Source of the DNA: a virus
Lineage: Duplodnaviria; Caudoviricetes
Strand: one strand, 5' to 3'
DNA: 64,000 bases
Virus record (IMG/VR): IMGVR_UViG_3300044846_003573
Position numbers and translations under genes: made by a program
Notes under the pieces: generated by a model
Seen by the model: only the letters and a program-made list of their open reading frames with translations
Told to the model about the DNA's origin: nothing
Database searches by the model: none
Shown here: positions 25,866 to 35,466 of the stretch, in pieces
Layout of the letters: each line of letters begins with the position of its first letter
Position numbering within the stretch: the stretch's first letter is position 1

Positions 25866-25890
25866 AACCCCTCCATGTGAGGGGTTTTTT
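25866..25890 (+). terminator. Intrinsic terminator
   Basis: aacccctc-catgt-gaggggtttttt. Confidence 0.75.
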
Positions 25891-25913
25891 ATTTGGTATA
25901 TATTTATTGTAAT

Positions 25914-26570
25914 ATGAAAAAGATTGTAAGATTAACTGAATCAGATTTGGTTAAAATAGTTAAAAGAGTTATAGAAGAAGAACAGTCGTTCTCAGATAAA
26001 TTGAAGCAGAAGATGTTATTCTTTAAACCTTTAAAGTTAACGGATGATAGAAAACTGAAGTTGTTTGAGTTTGTTGTTGATTCTATTGATTCTGGTGATT
26101 TTAGTACAGATGCTCGTAGAACACATCAAAAGGATGTAAACCTTGTAATTTATTCTAAGGGTGAGATAGTCATTGATGGTATCAAGACAACTGCAAGTGT
26201 TGTTGTGTTTAATGTTAGAAAAAATATGGATGTTGGTCGTATTCCATCTTCTGATGTTATTGTTCAGATTCCAAAACATACAAAGGGTTATGGTGATATG
26301 GGTTTTATGGATGAAAATAACCCTCTGTTTCAGAAGTTTGTCGGGTTATGTAAAAATATATTTGAAACCGACAAAAAATTACATATGGAGTTGGAAAAAG
26401 CTCAAATTAATTTATCTCGTGTTTCACCACATAAGAAGAAAGAAGACGAACCAATTCCCCGTTATGGAGTTTATTATGATTTTGATGATGATGATTACAC
26501 CAACAATAATGGTTTTGGGGGATTTGGTGGAGGTAGTTTCGGAGGTGGTGGAGCTGGTAGTGATTTCTAA
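25914..26570 (+). CDS. MKKxVRLTE-leader protein with Gly-rich tail
   Basis: Start moved to 25914; ends GFGGFGGGSFGGGGAGSDF. Confidence 0.7.
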   Translation: MKKIVRLTESDLVKIVKRVIEEEQSFSDKLKQKMLFFKPLKLTDDRKLKLFEFVVDSIDSGDFSTDARRTHQKDVNLVIYSKGEIVIDGIKTTASVVVFNVRKNMDVGRIPSSDVIVQIPKHTKGYGDMGFMDENNPLFQKFVGLCKNIFETDKKLHMELEKAQINLSRVSPHKKKEDEPIPRYGVYYDFDDDDYTNNNGFGGFGGGSFGGGGAGSDF

Positions 26571-26585
26571 AGTATTTATTGTAAT

Positions 26586-27293
26586 ATGAAAAAGATTGTA
26601 AAATTAACAGAATCTGATTTGACAAGAATTGTTAAACGTATTATTCGTGAAAACGAGGAACAACAAATAACTGACGAGGTAACCAATATAATTCTTAATA
26701 ACATATCAAAAGAAGATTTGTTAACTCTTGGGAAACTATACAACTCTATTGGGGAAGATGAATTTAAAGACGTTGCTGAAGATGTTGTTGATAGTGTTAT
26801 TGAAGGTGATACGGTTAGTGAATCAATAGGGTTTTCTAGAAGGGGTATCACTGTTGATACCGAAGCTGAAAAAAATAAACTTGAGCTTACAAAAATAATC
26901 ACACGATTTGCAACTACAGTATTGTCTCTTATGACAGGAGCAGTTACTATTAATACCTTGAATCCACAACACCAAGACATTGATAGCGCAATGGTTGCTG
27001 GTATAATTACCGCAGCATTAGTAGGAACAAACTTATTAACAAGAATACCACATAAGATTGGTACTAAACCACTACCTAAAAAATTAAAAGATTCAAGAAT
27101 GGCTAAATTGGTTGATTCTGAATTGAAAAATTTTGATGACCCAAGAAACACATTAATTCAAGACGCAATTGAACATTTAATGGATAAACGAATTCCTGAA
27201 ACAGTTGCAAGACAATTTATTGAGGATTGGGAAGAAACAAATAATATTAAATTTGTAAGACCTCCTGAAAAAAGGGTGAAAAGGGCTAAATAA
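26586..27293 (+). CDS. MKKxVRLTE-leader protein with two hydrophobic segments
   Basis: MKKIVKLTESDLTRIVKRIIRE. Confidence 0.7.
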   Translation: MKKIVKLTESDLTRIVKRIIRENEEQQITDEVTNIILNNISKEDLLTLGKLYNSIGEDEFKDVAEDVVDSVIEGDTVSESIGFSRRGITVDTEAEKNKLELTKIITRFATTVLSLMTGAVTINTLNPQHQDIDSAMVAGIITAALVGTNLLTRIPHKIGTKPLPKKLKDSRMAKLVDSELKNFDDPRNTLIQDAIEHLMDKRIPETVARQFIEDWEETNNIKFVRPPEKRVKRAK

Positions 27294-27306
27294 TATTAGG
27301 TAGAAT

Positions 27307-27618
27307 ATGAAATACATTATCACCGAGTCTCAGAATTTACAAATGAGGAAAGTTAATTTCTTTAAAGAATATCTTGAGAACCTATTATCTAAATACGAAT
27401 GGTTTAATGGTGATGTCTCGATAGAAACAAAAAATTGGAAAGTTAAAGATAAGACATATCCTGTATATCAAATTATACTAAATACAGGTGGTCGTAGTTA
27501 TCACGCTTATGACGAGGGTACAGAGATTGATGATAATATTGACACTATGTTTAAATTATTATTCCCTAAAGATAAGAACGGAGATTCCACTGCGGTGTGG
27601 GATGTTATTTTTATATAA
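27307..27618 (+). CDS. MKYLITE-leader protein
   Basis: MKYIITESQ. Confidence 0.7.
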   Translation: MKYIITESQNLQMRKVNFFKEYLENLLSKYEWFNGDVSIETKNWKVKDKTYPVYQIILNTGGRSYHAYDEGTEIDDNIDTMFKLLFPKDKNGDSTAVWDVIFI

Positions 27619-27633
27619 AATATTTATTGTAAT

Positions 27634-27945
27634 ATGAAATATATTATTACCGAGAGTAAGTTAAATGAGGTTATTAAGAGGTACATGGAGGCTACCTATG
27701 GTGATGTTGAAATGAACATTGACAAAGATGATGGGTATATTCATTTCTTTAGTAGGAAAGACGTTGATAGTGATGGTCACCCTGTAAGAATTGCCCACAG
27801 AAATAATCACGGGACATTATGGATTGATTATTCTTTTTTTGAAAAGATGCGTGTTTTATTTGGAAATTCAGTTGGTGAAGGTATTGAGAAATATTATAAA
27901 GATAAGTTTGGAATAGAGATTAAGAGAATTAACATGCAGTTTTAG
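27634..27945 (+). CDS. MKYLITE-leader protein
   Basis: MKYIITESKLNE. Confidence 0.7.
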   Translation: MKYIITESKLNEVIKRYMEATYGDVEMNIDKDDGYIHFFSRKDVDSDGHPVRIAHRNNHGTLWIDYSFFEKMRVLFGNSVGEGIEKYYKDKFGIEIKRINMQF

Positions 27946-28008
27946 TATTTTACTAGAATATTTGACTAGTAAAATCATTATTAGTATTATTATAAAAAAT
28001 ATAATACT

Positions 28009-28392
28009 ATGGAAAAATTACAACAACTTATTGAAACATGTCCTGATGAGCTTTTTGATATAGTTAATAAACTATATGACGAAAAGTTTCCAAAAAAGAA
28101 AAAGAATTCTAAAACCATTTTTAAATTTAAAGTATTAGGTAAAAATTACGATAGTACTATTACAACCAAGAATTACGTATCATTTATTTCTGATATTTCT
28201 AAGATTCATCCTTTTGAAATGTTTAAAGAATGTATACATGAATATTATCTTTCTAACAATGACTTGGTATTAAAACAATCACAAAAAATTAATGATAACT
28301 TTTATATTAGTGGGTATAGTTCTACTGAAGTTAAAGTAAGACATGTTATGAATATATGTGAATTACTTGGAATTAATTTGGAAATACTATAA
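28009..28392 (+). CDS. Hypothetical protein
   Basis: ORF track. Confidence 0.6.
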   Translation: MEKLQQLIETCPDELFDIVNKLYDEKFPKKKKNSKTIFKFKVLGKNYDSTITTKNYVSFISDISKIHPFEMFKECIHEYYLSNNDLVLKQSQKINDNFYISGYSSTEVKVRHVMNICELLGINLEIL

Positions 28393-28436
28393 TTTTTATT
28401 TATCTTTGTCGTTCAACATTAAACCCCTACTCTACT

Positions 28437-28985
28437 ATGTTAAATTTTCTTAAATTAGCAAAACAAAAATACATTGACAATAAAGACGTTGATTTTGGAT
28501 TAGACTTAATTGATTTTTTATGTTATTGTTATATTAATTTGAATCCTTGTTCATACGGTGGTAAAATTCAGGCTAAATTAATTAAAGAATTAGGTATATT
28601 ATCTATTTCTGCATCTTTGGATAGAGGTGATGCTTTTTTTGGTAAATTTTTTGCTGAAATGAAATGTACGTTTCTTGATAAGAAAAATTCTTATCATTTA
28701 ACTCACTTAAGACAATGGCAAAATTTTGATTTTTATATTTTATGTTTCATTGATTGTGAAAATGATTTTATTCCTGAGTTTTTTGTATTAAATAAAAAAG
28801 TTTTAGATAAAATTAAGACAACCGCTATGAACGGAACCAAGGAATCTAACCTTAATAACGATAAGGTTTCTTTACGAGCAACAGTTAAGAAGAATGGAGA
28901 GGTACATAAAATGTTTAAAAAGAAAAACAAATTATCAGGTACATCATTCTCTGATTTAAAAAAGTTTATTGATACTTTAAAATAA
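28437..28985 (+). CDS. Possible PD-(D/E)xK nuclease-like protein
   Basis: RGD...FAEMKC followed by LRQWQNFDFYIL; weak motif only. Confidence 0.35.
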   Translation: MLNFLKLAKQKYIDNKDVDFGLDLIDFLCYCYINLNPCSYGGKIQAKLIKELGILSISASLDRGDAFFGKFFAEMKCTFLDKKNSYHLTHLRQWQNFDFYILCFIDCENDFIPEFFVLNKKVLDKIKTTAMNGTKESNLNNDKVSLRATVKKNGEVHKMFKKKNKLSGTSFSDLKKFIDTLK

Positions 28986-28993
28986 TTTTTTAT

Positions 28994-29494
28994 ATGGATT
29001 TATCTAATTACACAATCGAACAACTTGTTGAATTGAAAGACAAGATTAGTAATCAAATTTATTCTTTTGAAGACGGATATTTTTATATCTGTAAAGTTCA
29101 TTCCTATGGAAGAAGTTGGGAAGATAAAGGTATAACAAACCCATATACTCTTCAGGAGTTATGTAATCAGTATGATGGTGATGAGGGTATTCTTAATGTT
29201 TATACAAACAACCCTGATTTGAATATTTATAACTATGGTGACGTTAAATTTGTTCCCACACGTGAGGACTACGAGAAGTGGTACAAATATTCATATGTAA
29301 AACGACAAATTCCTAATATTGAAAAAGAATTGGAAGAATGGGAAAACCGAGATAATGTCCCATTTAATCGTCGTCCATTATTTGCTCCCATCTATTCAGT
29401 TGAAACTTTAGATGAGTATAGACAAGAAATGTCCGAACTTGAGGGGACATTTGTGGAACCTGTTAATCTTGGTAGATATCTTGACGAAGAATAA
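28994..29494 (+). CDS. Hypothetical protein
   Basis: ORF track. Confidence 0.6.
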   Translation: MDLSNYTIEQLVELKDKISNQIYSFEDGYFYICKVHSYGRSWEDKGITNPYTLQELCNQYDGDEGILNVYTNNPDLNIYNYGDVKFVPTREDYEKWYKYSYVKRQIPNIEKELEEWENRDNVPFNRRPLFAPIYSVETLDEYRQEMSELEGTFVEPVNLGRYLDEE

Positions 29495-29515
29495 TTTTTG
29501 TTAATATTTATTATT

Positions 29516-30133
29516 ATGAGTAAACAAATGAGAGAAATGATAAACAAATTTGGTAATGTACTGAATGAGTCATCTTTAAACCGTGTACATTCATTTATTC
29601 AAAAACATGATTGTTCAATTATTACTGCGTTTAGAAGTTCTCTTATAAATTGTATTGATAATGAGGACGGAAAAAAACTTAATATTAGAGATAATAAATC
29701 TCGTAATAAACATTTGAAATCAACTCTTATTTCTTTGGGGTATGGTGTAACAAATGTTAAGGGAACTTACATTGAGAACTTTTTGTCTGACAATCAAATT
29801 GAAGTTAGTGAGGATAGTTATTTTGTTGTTAATCTTCCTAACGACCCATCTTTTACTGATAAGATAAAAAAACTTGGTGAGATGTTCTGTCAAGATAGTG
29901 TTTTAATTTTAGAGAAAGGTGGTGATGTAAATTATTTGTTCGGTACAAACAATTCTGATTTTCCTGGATATGGTGAGACAATACCTGTTGGAAATTTTAA
30001 ACCTGGAATTGAATCTGAGTTTATGACAAAGGTTGGTGGTCGTCCATTTGCTCTTGAGTCGTTTGATTTACTTCAAATTAATTCAAAACGAATTGTTAAG
30101 GAATTTGCAAAACCCGTCATTGATTTATTATAA
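29516..30133 (+). CDS. Conserved hypothetical large-phage protein
   Basis: VLNE-SSLNRV...SIITAFR...LGYGVTNVKGTYIE...EDSYFV. Confidence 0.65.
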   Translation: MSKQMREMINKFGNVLNESSLNRVHSFIQKHDCSIITAFRSSLINCIDNEDGKKLNIRDNKSRNKHLKSTLISLGYGVTNVKGTYIENFLSDNQIEVSEDSYFVVNLPNDPSFTDKIKKLGEMFCQDSVLILEKGGDVNYLFGTNNSDFPGYGETIPVGNFKPGIESEFMTKVGGRPFALESFDLLQINSKRIVKEFAKPVIDLL

Positions 30134-30142
30134 TCAAATATT

Positions 30143-30170
30143 AACTCCATTCATCTGAGTGGGGTTTTTT
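30143..30170 (+). terminator. Intrinsic terminator
   Basis: aactccattc-atct-gagtggggtttttt. Confidence 0.65.
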
Positions 30171-30193
30171 GTTTTGTAATGTATTTATCTTAT

Positions 30194-30703
30194 ATGTCTG
30201 ATAATTTTTCACAAAAAGTAATTGGTTTAATCGATAAGGGGGGGTCTGTTTTGGATATTGCCAAGTTTTTCGGTGGTTTGGGACAATTTATCCAAAAAGT
30301 TTCCCAATATCCATATCTAAAAGCATTAGTTGATTCAAAGTTAGGAGGTAATATTGAGTTCTATCTTGACGATTTGTCCAAAAGGTACCGACTTCCTGTT
30401 CAAATAAAAGCTGTTGAAGAGGCAGATGACTACTTTGGAGAAATGTATGACGTTTATGTTGATGTAATAATACCTGAAGTTACTGATGAAGTTGATATTG
30501 CAATCTTATATAATTATTTGAAAATGTATGAGGATGATACTGCGGATGAATGGGCATTACTTAGTGATAAAAAACTTAATTCAGGTATGACAATGGTACA
30601 TATTCTATCAATCAATGGTATTGATTGGAGAGATATGAAACGAGTGATTAATACAACAGAAGAAGACGTTGAAGAAATAATTCCTGACGAATACGAAATA
30701 TAA
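30194..30703 (+). CDS. Hypothetical protein
   Basis: ORF track, start moved to MSDN. Confidence 0.6.
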   Translation: MSDNFSQKVIGLIDKGGSVLDIAKFFGGLGQFIQKVSQYPYLKALVDSKLGGNIEFYLDDLSKRYRLPVQIKAVEEADDYFGEMYDVYVDVIIPEVTDEVDIAILYNYLKMYEDDTADEWALLSDKKLNSGMTMVHILSINGIDWRDMKRVINTTEEDVEEIIPDEYEI

Positions 30704-30706
30704 TAT

Positions 30707-31411
30707 ATGAGTAATTTACCTTCCAAATACAAGGCGTTTTCTAAAGTAATGTCCGTTTATTTTAAGTCAAAAGAGATTCACGGATTAATAATTTATCATG
30801 ATGATGAATATACTAAAGTTCCTTTGTATAATGAAATGGTTACAGTTCCAATCTTAAAGATAAAAAATCCAAATAACATTCCGTTTTCATACAATGCACT
30901 CAGCTCTTTACTTGATGATGAATTAGATACTGTTGGAAATTTTGCCAATGTATCAATTAAATCATATCAACGTCCATCACTTATAGTATTAAATGATTTC
31001 AATAAAGGAGAGTTTTATATTCCTAAAGAAAATGAAAAAAAATTAAGGAAATGTTTAAATACAGATACCGTTGAGATAAAATACAGAGATAATAACAGCA
31101 TAATATATACAATATATGGAAAATATATTGTTGATGATAACTTTGAAATGTATTGGGAAAGTAGTGAATCTTTTAGAATAGACATCACTTTTGAAATTGA
31201 AAAAATATTTGTTGATGACCTTGTTAGAAAGGTTCATCATTTTATGAAAAACTATGATGAAATGGTTCACTTGGTTTATGACATAAAGTATGATAATGAT
31301 GAATTGTTTGAAAACCCTGTATGGGATTGTATTATAGAAAATTTGAGTCAATATAAAACAATGATAAACAGAGACTGGCAATATGTTGATGTGAACATTA
31401 TTGTATCTTGA
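30707..31411 (+). CDS. Hypothetical protein
   Basis: ORF track. Confidence 0.6.
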   Translation: MSNLPSKYKAFSKVMSVYFKSKEIHGLIIYHDDEYTKVPLYNEMVTVPILKIKNPNNIPFSYNALSSLLDDELDTVGNFANVSIKSYQRPSLIVLNDFNKGEFYIPKENEKKLRKCLNTDTVEIKYRDNNSIIYTIYGKYIVDDNFEMYWESSESFRIDITFEIEKIFVDDLVRKVHHFMKNYDEMVHLVYDIKYDNDELFENPVWDCIIENLSQYKTMINRDWQYVDVNIIVS

Positions 31412-31424
31412 TATATTTATTAGT

Positions 31425-32126
31425 ATGAAAAAAGTAATAAGACTAACTGAATCAGACTTAATTAACATTGTTAAAAGAGTTATTAATGAAAGTGATGAAA
31501 AATCAACTTTTGAACTTAAAATTGAGACAACTCATGATGACCAACTTGGCCCTGTAATTGAAAATTTCTTTGCAACTAAAACTGAATCTGAAATTAAACA
31601 ATATTTCATGGAACTTAGTAACAGAAACCCAAAACCAAAATGGATACAAAAATTAATAAAATTTTTTAAAAATGATAAAAACAAAAATAAAAAAATAAAC
31701 ACAAAAAGTATTGGGAAAGCACTTATGGGTTATTCTATACTATTCATGTTACAACAAATTTTTAAAATACCTTTACCTTTACCATCAAACCCTGTTAACG
31801 AACAAAAAAGACCTCATAGCAGTGACCCAAATTTCACACAAAGTAATACTAAAAATGTTGGTGAAGAACTAAAAAACCGTAACTTCAAAATAGACTCAGC
31901 AGACAAAAATGGTAAAACATACGTTGGAGAGAGTAAAACTATAAATACAATATTCCACCTTAATATTAATGGAACGTATCGTGCGGTTGCAAGGAATGGG
32001 AATTATAGTGGAACATGGAAATTGGTACCTAAAGGAACCAAAGAAACATGTCCGGGTGGTTTTGTAAAATTAAAAAATTGTAATATATTTGACGGTGTTA
32101 AATTTTTAACTGATTCTGGAAGATAA
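31425..32126 (+). CDS. MKKxVRLTE-leader protein
   Basis: MKKVIRLTESDLINIVKRVINE; internal PVNEQ. Confidence 0.7.
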   Translation: MKKVIRLTESDLINIVKRVINESDEKSTFELKIETTHDDQLGPVIENFFATKTESEIKQYFMELSNRNPKPKWIQKLIKFFKNDKNKNKKINTKSIGKALMGYSILFMLQQIFKIPLPLPSNPVNEQKRPHSSDPNFTQSNTKNVGEELKNRNFKIDSADKNGKTYVGESKTINTIFHLNINGTYRAVARNGNYSGTWKLVPKGTKETCPGGFVKLKNCNIFDGVKFLTDSGR

Positions 32127-32135
32127 AAATATCTG

Positions 32136-32486
32136 ATGATGAAATATATCATAGACCAAAAACAATTAGAAAAAACAAAAAATTTAATTCAAGGATTAAT
32201 TAATTCTAAATTAGATAGTTTAAGAGAAGAGTCTGAAGAGTGGGGAATGGGTGAGATGGATGAATTACACGAAGTTGAATCTGTTGATAAGATTGAGGTT
32301 GTTGATGTTGTAATGTCAGGTAAGATAAAAGTTCTCATTAATATTTACAGAACTCAGTTAAGAGATGATTTTGATAATATCAGGGGGGAAATTCAATATA
32401 GGATAGAAGATTTGTTACCCAATATTGAATTATACATAAACGATATTATTGACGAAAGGGAATTTGGACCTAAAATTGATTGGTAA
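32136..32486 (+). CDS. MKYLITE-like leader protein
   Basis: MKYIIDQKQLE. Confidence 0.65.
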   Translation: MMKYIIDQKQLEKTKNLIQGLINSKLDSLREESEEWGMGEMDELHEVESVDKIEVVDVVMSGKIKVLINIYRTQLRDDFDNIRGEIQYRIEDLLPNIELYINDIIDEREFGPKIDW

Positions 32487-32540
32487 ATGAACCATTAATT
32501 GAATTTTTTTACTATATTTGTAATCTAAAATAAAAACAAT

Positions 32541-32639
32541 ATGACATTAAACAATTTACCTGATGAAGACTATTACGACCAAGAAGTTTATGATGATGGA
32601 GAATTGTTAGACGAATGTGATGATTATTGTGGAAGTTAA
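32541..32639 (+). CDS. Very acidic 32-aa peptide
   Basis: Manual ORF MTLNNLPDEDYYDQEVYDDGELLDECDDYCGS*; TATATTTG at 32513-32520. Confidence 0.45.
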   Translation: MTLNNLPDEDYYDQEVYDDGELLDECDDYCGS

Positions 32640-32830
32640 CTATATTTATATAGTATAAAAACTTACTATTATGAAATTCAACAACCTTTGGTTAAAATTA
32701 CAGGAAATTGACGAAATCAACATTACTGTTAAAGTCTTAGCATTTATAATTCTATCAATTGAATTGGATTGGTCATCAAAAAAAGTTTCTTTCACTGTAT
32801 TGAACTTTAATTGGTCAAACAAGTAATTTT

Positions 32831-32853
32831 AAACCCCTTATAAAAAGGGGTTT
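32831..32853. terminator. Intrinsic terminator hairpin
   Basis: aaacccctt-ataaa-aaggggttt. Confidence 0.65.
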
Positions 32854-32884
32854 ATTTTTTTAAATTTATTTTTATTTTTATTTT

Positions 32885-33073
32885 ATGACACAAGAAGAAA
32901 AATCACAATTGTATAGTAACTTACTAATGCAACACACCCGTTTGGATAACAAAATTAATGAAATTAAATCTGAGGATTTCGAACTCAACAATGAACAAAT
33001 GGGTAGAATTAGAACACTTCAGATGCAACAGGGACAATTGGTTGCTCAGATGCAACAATTGATGAATGGATAA
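32885..33073 (+). CDS. Small coiled-coil protein
   Basis: ORF track; Q/L-rich heptads. Confidence 0.6.
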   Translation: MTQEEKSQLYSNLLMQHTRLDNKINEIKSEDFELNNEQMGRIRTLQMQQGQLVAQMQQLMNG

Positions 33074-33557
33074 ACCATTCAGGTGTATCTCTATTTTTCC
33101 ATTTAGCAAAATCTTTTTTAGCTCCGTTATAGTAGTTTCTATATGATTCTATAACGTCTTTTACTTTATACTCATCGGGCATTGCTTTTGGAGGTTCTGT
33201 AAAACCTTTATCACAAATGTTTAACTTATTTGTGATACACCACTCAATAACATCTTGAGATTTATGACGTTTTCCGTATCTATAAGTGTATTCTTTACAT
33301 AATTCAACTCCTAAGTCACAAAGATAAAGATAGTTTGATAATGACTCTCTGACCCATATTGAACAGGGGTGGTTTTTATGTGATAACTTATACGGTACTT
33401 GGTCGGTACTTGGTCGGTACTTGGTGGGTACTTGGTGGGTTACATGGTGGGCTCCACATAATAGTTGTGCAGTCTCAAGTATCATCTTAACCACGTGTTT
33501 ATCACAATGGTATTCTGCACATTTTTTTGTATCCCAATCCAAAAAGAAGATATTCAT
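33009..33557 (-). CDS. Pyrimidine dimer DNA glycosylase / endonuclease V-like protein
   Basis: MNIFFLD...AEYHCDKHVVKMILETAQLL, SHKNHPCSIWVRES, EYTYRYGKRHKS, PPKAMPDEYK. Confidence 0.75.
   Translation of the reverse strand: MNIFFLDWDTKKCAEYHCDKHVVKMILETAQLLCGAHHVTHQVPTKYRPSTDQVPYKLSHKNHPCSIWVRESLSNYLYLCDLGVELCKEYTYRYGKRHKSQDVIEWCITNKLNICDKGFTEPPKAMPDEYKVKDVIESYRNYYNGAKKDFAKWKNRDTPEWFIHSSIVASEQPIVPVASEVF
33394..33437. repeat. 11-bp tandem repeat x4 inside CDS
   Basis: ggtacttggtc x2, ggtacttggtg x2. Confidence 0.9.
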
Positions 33558-33621
33558 AATGCTAATGTAAACAAAAAATCCCACAAGACGTGGGACATTT
33601 TGAAAAATAAATGAAATTGTA

Positions 33622-34047
33622 TTAGTTTACCGATACAACTTCTAAATCAAAGATAAGTTTCTTACCTGCTAATGGATGGTTCATGTCCAATACAACAGTA
33701 CTTTCTTTAATTTCTGTAACCACAACGTTTACTGGACCAAATTGGTTTTGTCCTTGTAACATATCCCCAGCTTTAACACCTTCAGGGACTTGGTTTAGTA
33801 ACACTTCACTAACAAGTTGAGGATTAATATCTCCGTAAGCGTTTTCTGGCTCAATTTCAATTGTTTTCATTTCGCCAGCGGTCATATCAATTAATCCGTT
33901 TTCAAAACCTGGAATTAATTGTCCTTGACCTAATGTTACTGTAAGAGGTTCTCTACCCTCAGCTAAAGATGTGTCGAATACTGTACCATCTTCTAATTTA
34001 CCTGTATAATGAACAGATACATTATCACCGTTTTTAATTTTACTCAT
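33622..34047 (-). CDS. FKBP-type peptidyl-prolyl isomerase (SlyD/FkpB-like)
   Basis: VSVHYTGKLEDGTVFDTS, GQLIPGFENGL, AYG, DMNHPLAGKKLIFDLEVV. Confidence 0.9.
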   Translation of the reverse strand: MSKIKNGDNVSVHYTGKLEDGTVFDTSLAEGREPLTVTLGQGQLIPGFENGLIDMTAGEMKTIEIEPENAYGDINPQLVSEVLLNQVPEGVKAGDMLQGQNQFGPVNVVVTEIKESTVVLDMNHPLAGKKLIFDLEVVSVN

Positions 34048-34131
34048 ATACAATTATATTATTTTTTTTTGATATAAAAAAGTGTAAAAGTTAATTTTCT
34101 TTGTATTTATATAGATAAAAAAGAATTTTTT

Positions 34132-34704
34132 ATGAAAAAAGAAAAAGTTATTAGATTAACAGAAAATGAACTTATTAATTTAATTAAAAAAGTTATAAAA
34201 GAAAACGATGATTTAACTGCAAAAACACCTGACCAATTTCGTAAGGAAGTATCAGGTCTTACAGGTTCTGAAGTTCTTATGTTTAATGCTTATGGTTTAA
34301 ACAAATACACAGGTGAAAGCGGAATTTTTAAGGGTAAAAGAACTTCTGAAAACTATAAAATAAAAGAAGTTGGAATAACAACAATTAATAATTTACCAAC
34401 AGTTGAATTTACAGTTCAAGATATTTCGACAGGTGCGGGAGTTGATGGTTATACAGGTACTTTTTTGAATGTAAAAAGACGTAGTGAACCTATTAAATTC
34501 AGATGGAATTGTAACTCAGCATTTGAAAAAGGATTAGGGGAAATTAATCAACCTTTCCAAAGAAAAGGTGGTATTAAAGAAGATTATCTAAATAACGATT
34601 TAGCAAAAGTAATTACATCAAGACCGTTTTGTACTTATAAAGGAACTCCTGATTATGTAGTACCAATTAAACCGAACACATCATATAGAGGTGCTCCAAG
34701 ATAA
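34132..34704 (+). CDS. MKKxVRLTE-leader protein
   Basis: MKKEKVIRLTENELINLIKKVIKE. Confidence 0.7.
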   Translation: MKKEKVIRLTENELINLIKKVIKENDDLTAKTPDQFRKEVSGLTGSEVLMFNAYGLNKYTGESGIFKGKRTSENYKIKEVGITTINNLPTVEFTVQDISTGAGVDGYTGTFLNVKRRSEPIKFRWNCNSAFEKGLGEINQPFQRKGGIKEDYLNNDLAKVITSRPFCTYKGTPDYVVPIKPNTSYRGAPR

Positions 34705-34729
34705 AATAAAAAAATAAAAAAATAAAAAA

Positions 34730-35146
34730 ATGAAAAAAGTAGTAAGATTATCAGAATCAGAATTAACTAGATTAATTAAAACAGTAGTTAACGAAACAAA
34801 AAGAAATAAAAGAAACAGAGTTAATGAAGATGTTGAAAACTTCTTTAATCCCGAAGCAATGAGTACTGGTGGGGCAATTGCGACAATGGTTGGAACAACT
34901 ATTGCTCTTTTAGGTATTGCAGGATGGGATTATCTTAAGGAACTTTACGGTCAATTAAGAAATACTGAAGGTAAAGAAGAAGAAGCAATGGAACTTAAGT
35001 CTATTATCCGAGATTACGAAAGTAATAAAATGAATTCAGGTGAAGAAATGGATTCTGATGTTGATAGTATGGATATGGATATGGAAGACGAGGAACCAAG
35101 AGACCCAATGGCTGAGAGTATCAGAAGACACATTAGAAGACGTTAA
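34730..35146 (+). CDS. MKKxVRLTE-leader protein with one TM segment
   Basis: MKKVVRLSESELTRLIKTVVNE; RVNED. Confidence 0.7.
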   Translation: MKKVVRLSESELTRLIKTVVNETKRNKRNRVNEDVENFFNPEAMSTGGAIATMVGTTIALLGIAGWDYLKELYGQLRNTEGKEEEAMELKSIIRDYESNKMNSGEEMDSDVDSMDMDMEDEEPRDPMAESIRRHIRRR

Positions 35147-35164
35147 TTTTTAAAAAAAAATAAT

Positions 35165-35191
35165 AAAAAACTCCCAATCGGGAGTTTTTTT
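35165..35191. terminator. Intrinsic terminator
   Basis: aaaaaactccc-aatc-gggagttttttt. Confidence 0.8.
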
Positions 35192-35227
35192 GCTTATATT
35201 TGTAAAACAATTAACACCAACACTACT

Positions 35228-35392
35228 ATGAAAAACTTAAAACTAAAATTGACTTCAGCAATGTTCGCTCTTGTATTATCAGTTGTATTAATGATTAACT
35301 CACCATCATTGCCTGTATTTGTTTTAAGTGTTGGTCTTATCCTATTACAGACAGTGTTGTGGGGTAAGTTGATGAAAGAGATTAAAGAATAA
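35228..35392 (+). CDS. Small 2-TM membrane peptide (54 aa)
   Basis: Manual ORF MKNLKLKLTSAMFALVLSVVLM...; TATATTTG at 35195-35202. Confidence 0.5.
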   Translation: MKNLKLKLTSAMFALVLSVVLMINSPSLPVFVLSVGLILLQTVLWGKLMKEIKE

Positions 35393-35466
35393 AAAAATCC
35401 CCTCAAATGAGGGGATTTGTGGTTTATATTAATTTACAAAATACTTATTAAAAAGTATTTATTAGT

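Noticed and set aside
20200-26600. Simple replication-origin GC-skew inversion at about 23 kb
   Set aside because: The minus-strand genes at 21.2-22.0 kb are G/T-rich on the plus strand, so the bias follows gene sense locally; kept only as a candidate special site.
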